Shown: piece by piece, positions 20,957 through 30,012 of the stretch
How positions within the stretch are numbered: the stretch's first letter is position 1
Layout of the letters: each line of letters opens with the position of its first letter
Assembly (NCBI GenBank): GCA_036502945.1
Contig: DASXXR010000303.1
Location: forward strand, 1-51,791
Reading direction: 5' to 3'
DNA length: 51,791 nucleotides
From: Paraburkholderia sp.
GTDB lineage: Bacteria; Pseudomonadota; Gammaproteobacteria; Burkholderiales; Burkholderiaceae
The notes under the pieces: generated by a model
What the model was told of the DNA's origin: nothing
The model's input: the letters and a program-made list of their open reading frames with translations, nothing else
Databases searched by the model: none
Translations under genes and position numbers: made by a program

Positions 20957-21190
20957 TTACTTGCGCAACAAGCTTTGCGGCGGGATACGTTCGTCGACGG
21001 GTTGCCGTGCCGCGGGCGGAAATCCCGGCGGATAGTCGACGATTCGCGCGACTGTCTGCGAGGCCGCCGGCTGCGTCTGTGCCGTCACGCCGAAGCGTGC
21101 ACCGGCACGTGCCCCGCCGATGATCGCGGTCATCGCTTGCCGGTCGAGTTCGACGCTGGCGGAAAGATCTTTAATGACGAGCTTGGCCAT
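20957..21190 (-). CDS. Double-glycine leader peptide P1 (77 aa)
   Basis: MAKLVIKDLSASVELDRQAMTAIIGG|ARAG...; leader homologous to the four other small ORFs. Confidence 0.75.
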   Translation of the reverse strand: MAKLVIKDLSASVELDRQAMTAIIGGARAGARFGVTAQTQPAASQTVARIVDYPPGFPPAARQPVDERIPPQSLLRK

Positions 21191-21270
21191 GGCTGTTCCA
21201 GAAGTATCAGAGTGGCGTGCGGCGCGGGTCGAACCGCTGGCCGATCGCACCGATTGCAGCATCGTCGCCG

Positions 21271-21318
21271 CATGAGCCGCTTCATGAACCATCGCATGAG
21301 TCATTGCATGAATCACAG
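21271..21318. repeat. 4 x 12-bp degenerate tandem repeat
   Basis: catgagccgctt catgaaccatcg catgagtcattg catgaatcacag. Confidence 0.7.
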
Positions 21319-21388
21319 ACGGTTCGAACAACCAGTATAGGAAATCGTATCCGCTTCCGGTATGCGCTAGCGCGCATTAGCGCAGTGC

Positions 21389-21406
21389 GGAGGTCCCGGG
21401 ACCTCC
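21389..21406. other. Perfect 18-bp palindrome just 3' of P2
   Basis: GGAGGTCCCGGGACCTCC; possible mRNA stem-loop. Confidence 0.55.
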
Positions 21407-21420
21407 ACTACGGCGCGCAA

Positions 21421-21696
21421 TCACACGATGGCATTCGTGCTGGCCCAAAGCTTCGGGCTGACGTTCAGGTTCGGCGGAACGAAGCCGGCGCCGATCACGC
21501 CGATATTGTTCAACGCTTCGACATTGACGAACTGCATTTGCGTGATGTTCTGGTTCACCCCGATGTTGACGTTGGCGACCGGGCCGAGGCCTGCCAGCCA
21601 GCTATTGCCGGGAACGCCACCGCCGCTGATGGCTGACATCGCGCGGCGCTCGAGCGTCCGGGTGCCGGACAGATCGCTGATGATGATGGACGACAT
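21421..21696 (-). CDS. Double-glycine leader peptide P2 (91 aa)
   Basis: MSSIIISDLSGTRTLERRAMSAISGG|GVPG...; GGAGA RBS; N/V/Q-rich core. Confidence 0.85.
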   Translation of the reverse strand: MSSIIISDLSGTRTLERRAMSAISGGGVPGNSWLAGLGPVANVNIGVNQNITQMQFVNVEALNNIGVIGAGFVPPNLNVSPKLWASTNAIV

Positions 21697-21748
21697 AATG
21701 TTTCTCCAAAGATAGTTGCATCTCGCAGTGAGACGGACTGAATTCACG

Positions 21749-21774
21749 GGGAGCGCGCGTGGCGGCGCGCTCCC
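21749..21774 (-). terminator. GC-rich stem-loop between P3 and P2
   Basis: GGGAGCGCGC-N6-GCGCGCTCCC; no strong U-tract, so possibly a stabiliser or partial terminator. Confidence 0.5.
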
Positions 21775-21799
21775 GGTTCCCCCGTTAAGCGACGTGTGG

Positions 21800-22069
21800 T
21801 CAATAAACCGTGACGTGGTTCGTGCCAGTCATCGTCGGCGTAATGGTCGTGTTCAGATTCTTCGCGAACGCATTGCCGTTGTTGCTTACGTTGTTGACGT
21901 CCATCGACTGGTTTACAAGTTGCTGTGCGTCGACCGTCTTGCTGTTATCGAACTTGAACGACAGGCTCGGGAAGTACGGATAGGCGATGTAGCCGCCACG
22001 CACGGCCTTCATGGCCTTGCTGTCGAGTTGTTCGGTAACGGACAGGTCTTTGATGATCAGCGCTTTCAT
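21800..22069 (-). CDS. Double-glycine leader peptide P3 (89 aa)
   Basis: MKALIIKDLSVTEQLDSKAMKAVRGG|YIAYPYFP...; AGGAG RBS; paralog of P4. Confidence 0.9.
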   Translation of the reverse strand: MKALIIKDLSVTEQLDSKAMKAVRGGYIAYPYFPSLSFKFDNSKTVDAQQLVNQSMDVNNVSNNGNAFAKNLNTTITPTMTGTNHVTVY

Positions 22070-22142
22070 GAAAGTTCTCCTAAGAAGGAATAGAGGGGTC
22101 TTGCGGTTCGTTTGAGCATCTTGTCTGCTCGAGCGTCACTAA

Positions 22143-22158
22143 CGCACAGGCTGTGCCA
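22143..22158 (-). promoter_or_regulatory. sigma54 -24/-12 promoter for P3(-P2-P1)
   Basis: TGGCACAGCCTGTGCG (GG-N10-GC). Confidence 0.8.
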
Positions 22159-22187
22159 GGCGCTCGTCCAATCCGCAACAAAGCGAT

Positions 22188-22200
22188 CAAGCCTTTGATA
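22188..22200 (-). promoter_or_regulatory. IHF binding site
   Basis: TATCAAAGGCTTG, exact match to WATCAANNNNTTR, ~30-40 bp upstream of the -24 element. Confidence 0.7.
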
Positions 22201-22300
22201 GACAAGGCTTATCCGCCCTGCCACAGAATCATCGGCTGCGCTGTGCGATGTCAGCGCGCGCGGTCGATGACGGTTCAAGGCCGACTATCCGCCCAGTGCT

Positions 22301-22317
22301 GTTGGCCGGTTCGCAAC
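22301..22317. promoter_or_regulatory. Putative enhancer (UAS) palindrome
   Basis: GTTGG-N7-GCAAC; same motif at 27655, 40531 and 40642. Confidence 0.55.
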
Positions 22318-22453
22318 ACATGGCGCTCTCATTTGTCGCGGGGCAATCCTGGTTTGCGAAAGACAAACGTGCGGGCTACTATCGAACGAGCGCATGTAAT
22401 TGATTACGACAGGATCTTCCTCCGCCCAACAAGCACTGCGTCGCTTTGCACAA

Positions 22454-24541
22454 ATGGCTAACCTTGCGCATGTGATTCGGGATTTCCAGAACGGCGCGCT
22501 ATCGCACGACGCGTTTGTCGCTCAACTCGACAGCACGCTGACGACAGAAGGCCTCGGCTCTGCGCGTCTGCTGGAAATACTCGGCGAAGCGCATGCGAAG
22601 ATGCCGCTGCCTGCCGATCTGTACGCCGAAGTGCGCCGCAGAATCGAGCAACTGCCGGTGTCGAATCTCGCGACGGGCGGCGAGGAAACGCGCGTGCAGA
22701 CAGCACTCGAGCAGCGCGCGGCACCGCCGTCCACCGCGTCTGCCACATTCGGTGCCTCGATCGCGCAAGGGCCGGGATTCGACCAGACCAAAGGCACTGG
22801 CGACACGCTGAACAACCGCTTCGTACTCGAAGAATGTCTCGGTGTCGGCGGAATGGGTACCGTGTACAAGGCACTCGATCTGCGCAAGCTCGAAGCATCG
22901 GACCGCAAGCCGTATGTTGCGATCAAGGTGCTGAACGTCCAGTTTCGCGGCAACCCGAAGTCGCTGATTGCGTTGCAGCGTGAAGCGCGTAAAGCGCAGG
23001 TGCTCGCGCACCGCAACATTGTCACCGTGTACGACTTCGACCGCGACGGCGCGATCGTCTATCTGACGATGGAGCACCTGTCGGGTAAGCCGCTGAGCCA
23101 GATACTTCGGACCCCGGATTTCAAAGGCATGCCGGTCAACGCCGCGCTGCCCATTGTGCGCGGCATGTCGAATGCACTCGCGTACGCGCACGAGCGCGGC
23201 TTTGTGCACTGCGATTTCAAGCCGGCGAACGTGTTTCTGACCGACACGGGTGAGGTCAAGGTGATCGACTTCGGCATTGCGCGCGTATTCCAGCGTACCG
23301 AAGAAGAAAACGATGCAACCGTGTTCGACCCGGGCAGCCTCGGCGCGCTGACGCCGGCCTATGCAAGCCCTGAAATGCTCGAGCATCGCGAGCCGGACCC
23401 GCGCGACGACATCTACGCGCTCGGCTGCATCACGTATGAGCTGTTGACGGGGCGCCATCCGTTCGACCGCATGTCCGCGACGCAGGCACGCGCTGCAAAT
23501 CGCCAGCCGCAACGCCCCGAAAGTCTCGGCAACCGGCAATGGCGCGCGGTGCGTTCGGCATTGTCGTTTGACCGGAATACGCGCATGCCTGGCGTCGCAC
23601 GCTTTGTTGAAGAATTCGGCGCCGACGAACCGCGCAATGGGAAGCCTAAAACGGGGACATCGCAGGGCACCATGAAGACCGGCTGGCCATCCGGCTGGGC
23701 GTTGAAATCAGGCATGGCAGCGCTTGCCGTGCTGATTGCGGCGGGTGCCGGCATTTACCTGTTTCGTGCCGCGCCGGGCCGCGAAGAAGCCGGGCCGCAG
23801 CCGCCCGACGCTTCGTCGGAAGTCGCCGCGCCGCCGGTGCAACCGCCGCGAGTTCCCGCGCCGCCACCTACGATAGCTATGGTTGCGCCGTTGCTCGCGC
23901 AAGTACCGTGTTCGGCGCTCGCGGCGTCGATCCATGACCGAGCCGTGCAGGTGCGCGGCTTCGTTCCGCAGCGCGACGGCATCGCAAAACTGAAAGAGAC
24001 GGTGGGCGCGCTGCCGGGTGTTGAAGCACTCAATCTCGACGTCCAGCAGGTCGGCGACGACAAGTGCGAGGTAATCAACGCACTCGCGCCTTACTGGACA
24101 CGCAACTGGCAAGCGGGCCACATTGCCGCGGTCCGCGTACGCGCGCCACATGGTCAACTGACCGAGGGCGACCCGCTGGTCGTCGATGTGACGACACCGG
24201 GCTACGATTCGTACGTCAACGTCGATTACTACGTGCTGGACGGCAGCGTCGTGCACATGGTGCCGGGGCCGCGGGCGAAGAACAATCAAGCGCCGCCGCG
24301 CTACGCGGCGACGATCGGCTCGGCCGGCGACTGGATCGTTTCGAAGCCGTTCGGCTCCGAACTGGTCGTGCTGCTGATTACCCCGGTGCCGTTGTTCGAC
24401 AGTTCGAGGCCGGAAAGCGAATCACGTGCGGATTACCTGCGCGTGCTCGATGCCCGCCTCAAACAGATCGCCGCGAAGTATGGTCAGGACCGCATCGTGG
24501 CCGACATTGCGCAGATCACGAGCAAGGCACGCGGAAATTGA
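22454..24541 (+). CDS. Membrane-anchored Hanks-type Ser/Thr protein kinase with periplasmic C-terminal domain
   Basis: LGVGGMGTVY, VAIK, HCDFKPAN, DFG, ASPE; single TM (MAALAVLIAAGAGIYLF); Pro-rich linker; C-terminal beta-rich (possibly DUF4384-like) region. Confidence 0.92.
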   Translation: MANLAHVIRDFQNGALSHDAFVAQLDSTLTTEGLGSARLLEILGEAHAKMPLPADLYAEVRRRIEQLPVSNLATGGEETRVQTALEQRAAPPSTASATFGASIAQGPGFDQTKGTGDTLNNRFVLEECLGVGGMGTVYKALDLRKLEASDRKPYVAIKVLNVQFRGNPKSLIALQREARKAQVLAHRNIVTVYDFDRDGAIVYLTMEHLSGKPLSQILRTPDFKGMPVNAALPIVRGMSNALAYAHERGFVHCDFKPANVFLTDTGEVKVIDFGIARVFQRTEEENDATVFDPGSLGALTPAYASPEMLEHREPDPRDDIYALGCITYELLTGRHPFDRMSATQARAANRQPQRPESLGNRQWRAVRSALSFDRNTRMPGVARFVEEFGADEPRNGKPKTGTSQGTMKTGWPSGWALKSGMAALAVLIAAGAGIYLFRAAPGREEAGPQPPDASSEVAAPPVQPPRVPAPPPTIAMVAPLLAQVPCSALAASIHDRAVQVRGFVPQRDGIAKLKETVGALPGVEALNLDVQQVGDDKCEVINALAPYWTRNWQAGHIAAVRVRAPHGQLTEGDPLVVDVTTPGYDSYVNVDYYVLDGSVVHMVPGPRAKNNQAPPRYAATIGSAGDWIVSKPFGSELVVLLITPVPLFDSSRPESESRADYLRVLDARLKQIAAKYGQDRIVADIAQITSKARGN

Positions 24542-24598
24542 AGCGGGCCGCGTGCGGCGCGCGCGGTTCGTTGCACTGCGCTTCATCGCCGCGCATTG

Positions 24599-26488
24599 TC
24601 ATTTGAGATCTTTAGCGACGCGAAAGCCGTCCTGCGATTGACGCACGCTCGCGCTGTACTTGAAGCGCGTCGACGCCAGCATGTAGTCGTTGCCCTCGCG
24701 CCACGAGCCGCCGCGAATGACTCGCATGTTGCAGCCCGGCGCGTCCCAGATCCGGCCGTCGGTCGGCGCGTTCTGGTATGAGTTGTGCCAGCAGTCGCCG
24801 ACCCATTCCCATACGCTGCCGTTCATGTCATAGAGGCCATACGGATTGGCGGCGAACGACCCGACGCTTTCCGGGCCTTCTTTATGCCACGGGTCGCCGC
24901 AGTCCTTGCAGTTCGCATTGCCCTTGCGCATCGGGTCGCCCCACCAGTATTTCGTCGCGGTGCCGCCGCGATCCGCGTACTCCCATTCCGCTTCGGTGGG
25001 GAGCCGGTAAGGTTTTCCCGTTACCTTAGCCAGCCATTTCACATAGAGCTGCGCGTCGTCCCAGCTTAGGTCGCGTGCCGGTGCGTTCTTGACGGTGTTG
25101 TTCTCCGGCGAGAGGCGCGGGCAGCCGTTAGCATCGGCGCATGCATTCCATTGCTCGACCGTCACTTCGTATTTGCCGATAGCAAATGGTGTGGCGATAG
25201 CTACGTGGTGCGGAGGCTTCTCGGAAGGGTCGTCGGAGTTGCTGCCCATCGTGAACGAACCCGCGGCTAACGGCACCATAACCGGGCATGCAGCACAGTC
25301 CTTGCTTTCGCCGCTGCTGTGGGTGGCCGGCGCGGCTTTGGTGATTGCCTGCGCAGGGGCCGTTGCAGCCGGCGCAGCGGGAGCCGGGGTGGGCGGAGCC
25401 GCAGCGCTGGGACGCTGCTGCTGGGGCGGTGGCGTGCTGGCAGGCGCCGCGCGGCTTGTATCGGGGGCGGGCTTTGGCGCCGCCGCCTTGAGCCGTTCGA
25501 TGCGCGCACGCGCAAGTGTCGCGAAGCGGCCGTTCGGATAGGCCTTTAAATACGCTTCGTAATCGCTTGCATAGTTGCTGTCCTTGATTGAGTCCCAGAA
25601 GGTCAGCTCGTATTGCTCGTTGCTGTCTTTAGGCATGATGCCGCGGCTGTGCGGTGCAATAACCGTATCGCTGCCCGCTTGGGCCTGAAGCTCTGCGATG
25701 TCGCGCGGCGCGTCAAAAGCGGGTGAAGCCTCCGCGAGGCTCACCGCCGCATCGAACGAAGAGGCTGACCACGGTCTTTGCCGGCCGTGCGTGACAGCGG
25801 TCACATTTGCTGCGACCCGCTGCAACATGATGGCGACGTCGTCATGCGGCGATTCCGACAATTCGCGCAGCCATGCCGCAGTAAAAACGCCGTGACGGGC
25901 GCCGTCCGCTGCGAACTTGCCCGGTGACGTCGCTAAGGAAAGCAGCGTTTGGTTGGGCAACGCGACGGTAAATTGACTTGTAGATTCGAATGGCTGCGTG
26001 AGACACGCATCGACAATCACGAAATTGCGTTGATGTGGACGTGGAGCGGACATCGCCGTTATCACGCTGGCCAGATCGACGCCGTCGCGCACGAGCATTG
26101 CAGGTGAGCGCGCGTCGACGCCCGCGGGCACCAGCAGTGTCGACCCGGGGGTTTGAAATCCGTGTCCGGCGAAATAGAAGAGGCCGACTCCGCCCGCCTG
26201 TAGCCGCCGGCCGAATTCGGCAATGGCGTCGTTCATCCGCTGCGGCGTCGCGTCCGTTTCAGCGACGACATCGAAGCCAAGCGACGTTAGCGCGGCGCTG
26301 ACCGCTTGTGCATCGCGCCGCGCATTGCCGAGCGGGCTGCCTGGATAGTGGCCGTTGCCGATCACGAGCGCGATCTTTCGGCCATCCGTGCCGACCTCGG
26401 CTTGCGCAAGGCCTGCCTGAGCGCCGCTCCAGTGCACCTCGATGATCCCGATCATGCATACCAGCAGGAGTTTTCGCCACATATTCAA
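24599..26488 (-). CDS. Exported caspase-like (C14) + FGE-sulfatase (SUMF1/PvdO-like) domain protein
   Basis: Signal peptide; [21 protein letters not shown] (His/Cys dyad); Pro/Ala linker; [44 protein letters not shown]. Confidence 0.9.
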   Translation of the reverse strand: MNMWRKLLLVCMIGIIEVHWSGAQAGLAQAEVGTDGRKIALVIGNGHYPGSPLGNARRDAQAVSAALTSLGFDVVAETDATPQRMNDAIAEFGRRLQAGGVGLFYFAGHGFQTPGSTLLVPAGVDARSPAMLVRDGVDLASVITAMSAPRPHQRNFVIVDACLTQPFESTSQFTVALPNQTLLSLATSPGKFAADGARHGVFTAAWLRELSESPHDDVAIMLQRVAANVTAVTHGRQRPWSASSFDAAVSLAEASPAFDAPRDIAELQAQAGSDTVIAPHSRGIMPKDSNEQYELTFWDSIKDSNYASDYEAYLKAYPNGRFATLARARIERLKAAAPKPAPDTSRAAPASTPPPQQQRPSAAAPPTPAPAAPAATAPAQAITKAAPATHSSGESKDCAACPVMVPLAAGSFTMGSNSDDPSEKPPHHVAIATPFAIGKYEVTVEQWNACADANGCPRLSPENNTVKNAPARDLSWDDAQLYVKWLAKVTGKPYRLPTEAEWEYADRGGTATKYWWGDPMRKGNANCKDCGDPWHKEGPESVGSFAANPYGLYDMNGSVWEWVGDCWHNSYQNAPTDGRIWDAPGCNMRVIRGGSWREGNDYMLASTRFKYSASVRQSQDGFRVAKDLK

Positions 26489-26665
26489 ATCCTGTCAGTT
26501 CTGGACCGTATATAGATACCGGACGTCTCGCCGACCATCATCGATAACGATAGCACGCGGTTAGAGCGTCAGAACGTTAACGAGCGTGGCGTTTCATTTT
26601 GGCAAGTTCCGTCCTAAGCTAAAGCAGAATCGCGAAGCACTGACGATCCTTCGGGAGAATGCGCA

Positions 26666-27109
26666 ATGCGAAGAACAATAACGTCGGGCGTTCTGGCCGC
26701 GCTTTGGGTTGTCTCCGTCGCGCTGGGTTTAGCGGTACCGGCGTCGGCCGCACAGACGCCGTCACCGCCGAATGCACAGGAATACATCATCTGGCCGTAC
26801 GACGGCGCCGTGATCCAGGGCGGCAAGCTTTGGGTGCGCATGGGGCTGCGCAATATGGGCATATGTCCGAAGGGCGTCGATTTCCCCAACTGCGGGCACC
26901 ATCATCTGCTGATCGACACAGACTTGCCGCCGCTCGATCAGGAAATCCCGTCGGACCGCCAACACCTGCATTTCGGCGCAGGCGAAACCGACGCGCGCAT
27001 CGAACTGCCGCCCGGCAAACATACGCTGCAGCTTCTGCTAGGCGACCGCAATCACGTTCCACACGTTCCGCCCGTGTATTCGAAGAAGATCACGATCATC
27101 GTCAAATGA
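26666..27109 (+). CDS. DUF4399-like exported protein (copy 1)
   Basis: Signal peptide; GHHHLLID, HLHFGAGET, LPPGKHTLQLLLGD..H. Confidence 0.8.
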   Translation: MRRTITSGVLAALWVVSVALGLAVPASAAQTPSPPNAQEYIIWPYDGAVIQGGKLWVRMGLRNMGICPKGVDFPNCGHHHLLIDTDLPPLDQEIPSDRQHLHFGAGETDARIELPPGKHTLQLLLGDRNHVPHVPPVYSKKITIIVK

Positions 27110-27163
27110 CGCCTGTATCAGGCCCTGTAGCGCTTCGGCTTGCGACGACGGAGAGCACAACCC

Positions 27164-27589
27164 ATGTACAAGATCATTGCTGCGGCGGCGTTCGCCGCTG
27201 TCGCCATAACGAATTTCGCATGGGCCGGCACGACGCCTGCCCCGCGTGACGCGATTGCGTATATCGGCTATCCAAACGATGGACAGGTCGTTCCCGCGAA
27301 CAAACCGTTTCGCGTGTGGTTCGGGCTGCGCTATATGGGTGTTGCGCCAAAAGGCGTCAAATATCCGAACACCGGCCATCACCATTTGCTGATCGACACC
27401 GATTTGCCGCCGATGGACCAGGAGATTCCGTCGGACCGTCAACATCTGCACTTCGGCGCAGGCGAAACCGAAACGATGATCGAACTGCCGCCGGGCAAGC
27501 ACACGCTGCAGTTGCTGATGGGCGACGACAAGCATGTGCCGCACGATCCGCCGATCTACTCAAAGAAAATCACGGTTATTGCCAAGTGA
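27164..27589 (+). CDS. DUF4399-like exported protein (copy 2)
   Basis: Signal peptide; same His motifs; tandem paralog of copy 1; GGAGAG RBS. Confidence 0.8.
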   Translation: MYKIIAAAAFAAVAITNFAWAGTTPAPRDAIAYIGYPNDGQVVPANKPFRVWFGLRYMGVAPKGVKYPNTGHHHLLIDTDLPPMDQEIPSDRQHLHFGAGETETMIELPPGKHTLQLLMGDDKHVPHDPPIYSKKITVIAK

Positions 27590-27654
27590 CGCGGGCCGTC
27601 AAGCAAGCGCTAGGCGAAGAGCGTCTTTAGCGAACCGACACAAGGTGCCGAACT

Positions 27655-27671
27655 GTTGGCGGCGGGCCATC
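27655..27671. promoter_or_regulatory. Putative enhancer (UAS) palindrome
   Basis: GTTGG-N7-CCATC, ~110-130 bp upstream of the sigma54 site. Confidence 0.55.
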
Positions 27672-27740
27672 TCCCAAGCGACGCTGCATGCTTGGCTATG
27701 CAGTGCTCCGTACGTCCCCGCGAATCAGAATTAACTGTGT

Positions 27741-27753
27741 TTTCAATGGATTA
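27741..27753 (+). promoter_or_regulatory. Putative IHF site
   Basis: TTTCAATGGATTA, one mismatch to WATCAANNNNTTR, in AT-rich context. Confidence 0.5.
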
Positions 27754-27782
27754 AACGTTTTCAATCGATGCGCTGATAGCAC

Positions 27783-27798
27783 TGGCACGGCCTATGCG
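27783..27798 (+). promoter_or_regulatory. sigma54 -24/-12 promoter for P4
   Basis: TGGCACGGCCTATGCG. Confidence 0.8.
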
Positions 27799-27874
27799 TT
27801 AGTGAGCCTCGAGCAGACAAAATGCTCGAATCCGAACCGCAAGACTTTGCCTCTTCCCTCTTAGGAGAACTGTG

Positions 27875-28144
27875 ATGAACACGCTGATGATCAAAGACCT
27901 TTCCGTTACCGAACAACTCGACAGCAAGGCCATGAAGGCCGTGCGTGGCGGCTACATCGCCTATCCGTACTTCCCGAGCCTGTCGTTCAAGTTCGACAAC
28001 AGCAAGGACGTCAGTGCGCAGCAGCTCGTCAACCAATCGCTTGGCATCGACAACGTGAGCAACAACGGCAACGCGTTCGCGAAGAACCTGAACACGACCA
28101 TCACGCCGACGATGACCGCGACGAACAACGTCGACGTTCACTAA
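27875..28144 (+). CDS. Double-glycine leader peptide P4 (89 aa)
   Basis: MNTLMIKDLSVTEQLDSKAMKAVRGG|YIAYPYFP...; AGGAG RBS; near-duplicate of P3. Confidence 0.9.
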   Translation: MNTLMIKDLSVTEQLDSKAMKAVRGGYIAYPYFPSLSFKFDNSKDVSAQQLVNQSLGIDNVSNNGNAFAKNLNTTITPTMTATNNVDVH

Positions 28145-28158
28145 CGCGCGCCGGCTTT

Positions 28159-28184
28159 CGCGGAGGCTGGACCGGGCCTCCGCG
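28159..28184 (+). terminator. Stem-loop after P4
   Basis: CGCGGAGGC-N8-GCCTCCGCG; no U-tract. Confidence 0.45.
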
Positions 28185-28379
28185 TGCCGCGGCCTCTGCA
28201 ACTGCGGATCCCTCGTCAAAAAGCCCTGTCACCCAATCGTCCTTTCCACACGCCCCCGCCCGACGCACTCCACGCCGCACGATTCACGTAGACATCGATA
28301 GAGATGCCACGCAGGACGTGCTTTACTTGAATGGCGCGTTTTCCATGTGCGGTATCGCCGGGACCGATCGGAGAAAACC

Positions 28380-29858
28380 GTGTTCGCGTTGCCTGACTCA
28401 ACCGTTCGCTGCTCGTCGAACCGTCTGCCGGAGCGACACGATCGCTGTGCCGCGACGACGCGAACATGGGGCGCCGCGACACTCTGCGTGGCACTGCTGT
28501 GCGGATGCATCGACGCGCACGTGCCCGTCTACCAGCGCCCGGACACGCCCGCGAAAACATCGTGGACCGACAAGACCGGCGCAACGGTGTCCGCTGCCGA
28601 CACGATCGAGCCCGATTGGTGGAAGGGCTTCCAGGATCCGTACCTGAATGCACTGATTGCGAAGTCGATCGAAGGTAACTTTGACATCAAGATACTGGCC
28701 GCGCGCATCGACGTTGCAGGTGCGCAGATCGGGGAGGCGAAAGCGGGCGCGCTGCCGACGATGGATGCCGGCGCCGGCGCCAATTTCCAGACGACCACCG
28801 GCCAACCGTTTTCACGGCAGTACAACCTCGGAACCCAGGTGAACTGGGACATCGACATCTGGGGCAAGGTGGAAAAGGGCGTGCAGGCGCAGAAGGCCGA
28901 GTTCCGCGCGACCGAGGCCGATTGGCGGGCCGGCTATCTGGAACTGGTGTCGAGCGTGTCGACCACTTACTTCCAGATCCTGCAGTTCGACGATCAGATC
29001 GAACAGCAGCAGAACACGGTGAACACGAACAAGCAGATCCTGACGATCTATGACGGCATGAGCCGCAGCGGTCTCATCCCGAAGACACAGGTGTTGCGGC
29101 AGCAGGCGGAGATCAACCGGTTGACGAAAGATCTGCTTGATCTGCGCCGCTCGCGCAACCTCGCGAACAACGCGCTGTGCACGCTCATCGGCGTGCCGGC
29201 GGGCGAGTACAAGGTGCCGGCCGGGCACCTGCAACAACGCGTGCAACTGCCGCCGGTGCCGGGTGGCTTGCCGTCGCAGTTGTTGTCGCGGCGACCGGAC
29301 ATCGTGGCATCCGAACTAAGAGTGCTCGAAGCCTATGACCTGGTTGGCGAGGCAAAGCTGGCTCAATTGCCGACCGTCAGCCTAACCGCTCACGGCGGCA
29401 CCGCAAGCTTTGCGTTATCGGACTTGTTGAAGTCGTTCACGTTCGGGTTCATGCCTAGCATCAACATTCCTATTCTTGATCCTGGCGTGCGTGCGCATGT
29501 GAAGACCACTGAGGCGCAAACGACCGTTGCCGAACAGGAATACCGGCGCACCGTGATGGGCGCATTCGAAGAGGTCGAAAACGCGCTGGTGAATCTCAAC
29601 GCGCACAAGGAGCAACGGGTCGAATTGCAGCAGCAGGTGGACCGCTTGCGGATCGTCGCGGATCAGGTCGATGCCCAGTTGAAGGAAGGCGTGATCTCTC
29701 AGCTTGACGTGTTTGAGACCGAACGCTCGTATCTGGAGGCGCGTCTCGAGCTGCTCACGAATCATCAGCAGATCCTGTCCGATACGGTGTTGCTTTACAA
29801 GGCGCTGGGCGGCGGTTGGCCGACGGTCGAGATTCAGACGCAAGTAAAAGATAAATGA
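28380..29858 (+). CDS. TolC/NodT-family outer membrane efflux lipoprotein
   Basis: Lipobox LLCGC; WWKGFQDPYL, WDIDIWGK, LPSQLLSRRPDI, LYKALGGGW; GTG start after GGAG. Confidence 0.92.
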   Translation: MFALPDSTVRCSSNRLPERHDRCAATTRTWGAATLCVALLCGCIDAHVPVYQRPDTPAKTSWTDKTGATVSAADTIEPDWWKGFQDPYLNALIAKSIEGNFDIKILAARIDVAGAQIGEAKAGALPTMDAGAGANFQTTTGQPFSRQYNLGTQVNWDIDIWGKVEKGVQAQKAEFRATEADWRAGYLELVSSVSTTYFQILQFDDQIEQQQNTVNTNKQILTIYDGMSRSGLIPKTQVLRQQAEINRLTKDLLDLRRSRNLANNALCTLIGVPAGEYKVPAGHLQQRVQLPPVPGGLPSQLLSRRPDIVASELRVLEAYDLVGEAKLAQLPTVSLTAHGGTASFALSDLLKSFTFGFMPSINIPILDPGVRAHVKTTEAQTTVAEQEYRRTVMGAFEEVENALVNLNAHKEQRVELQQQVDRLRIVADQVDAQLKEGVISQLDVFETERSYLEARLELLTNHQQILSDTVLLYKALGGGWPTVEIQTQVKDK

Positions 29859-30012
29859 AGAGTGAAAATTGACTACCGTCATGCGTGACTTACAATCGCT
29901 GTGTGCCTGCCGCCCCGGCAAACCGGCTGCACACGCTCTATCCGCCGCGCTTTCCAACGGCATTCGTCTGACGCTTAGGCGGCAGCGGGTAAACGCTTAG
30001 TGATGCAGAGAG

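Noticed and set aside
21255-21270. Possible sigma54 box upstream of P1 (CGGCGACGATGCTGCA, minus strand)
   Set aside because: Only GG-N10-GC matches; no TGGCAC and no clear palindrome, so it could be chance in GC-rich DNA
21271-21318. 12-bp repeats (also 44586-44645) as a CRISPR array
   Set aside because: Units are contiguous and degenerate, have no spacers, and no cas genes are present
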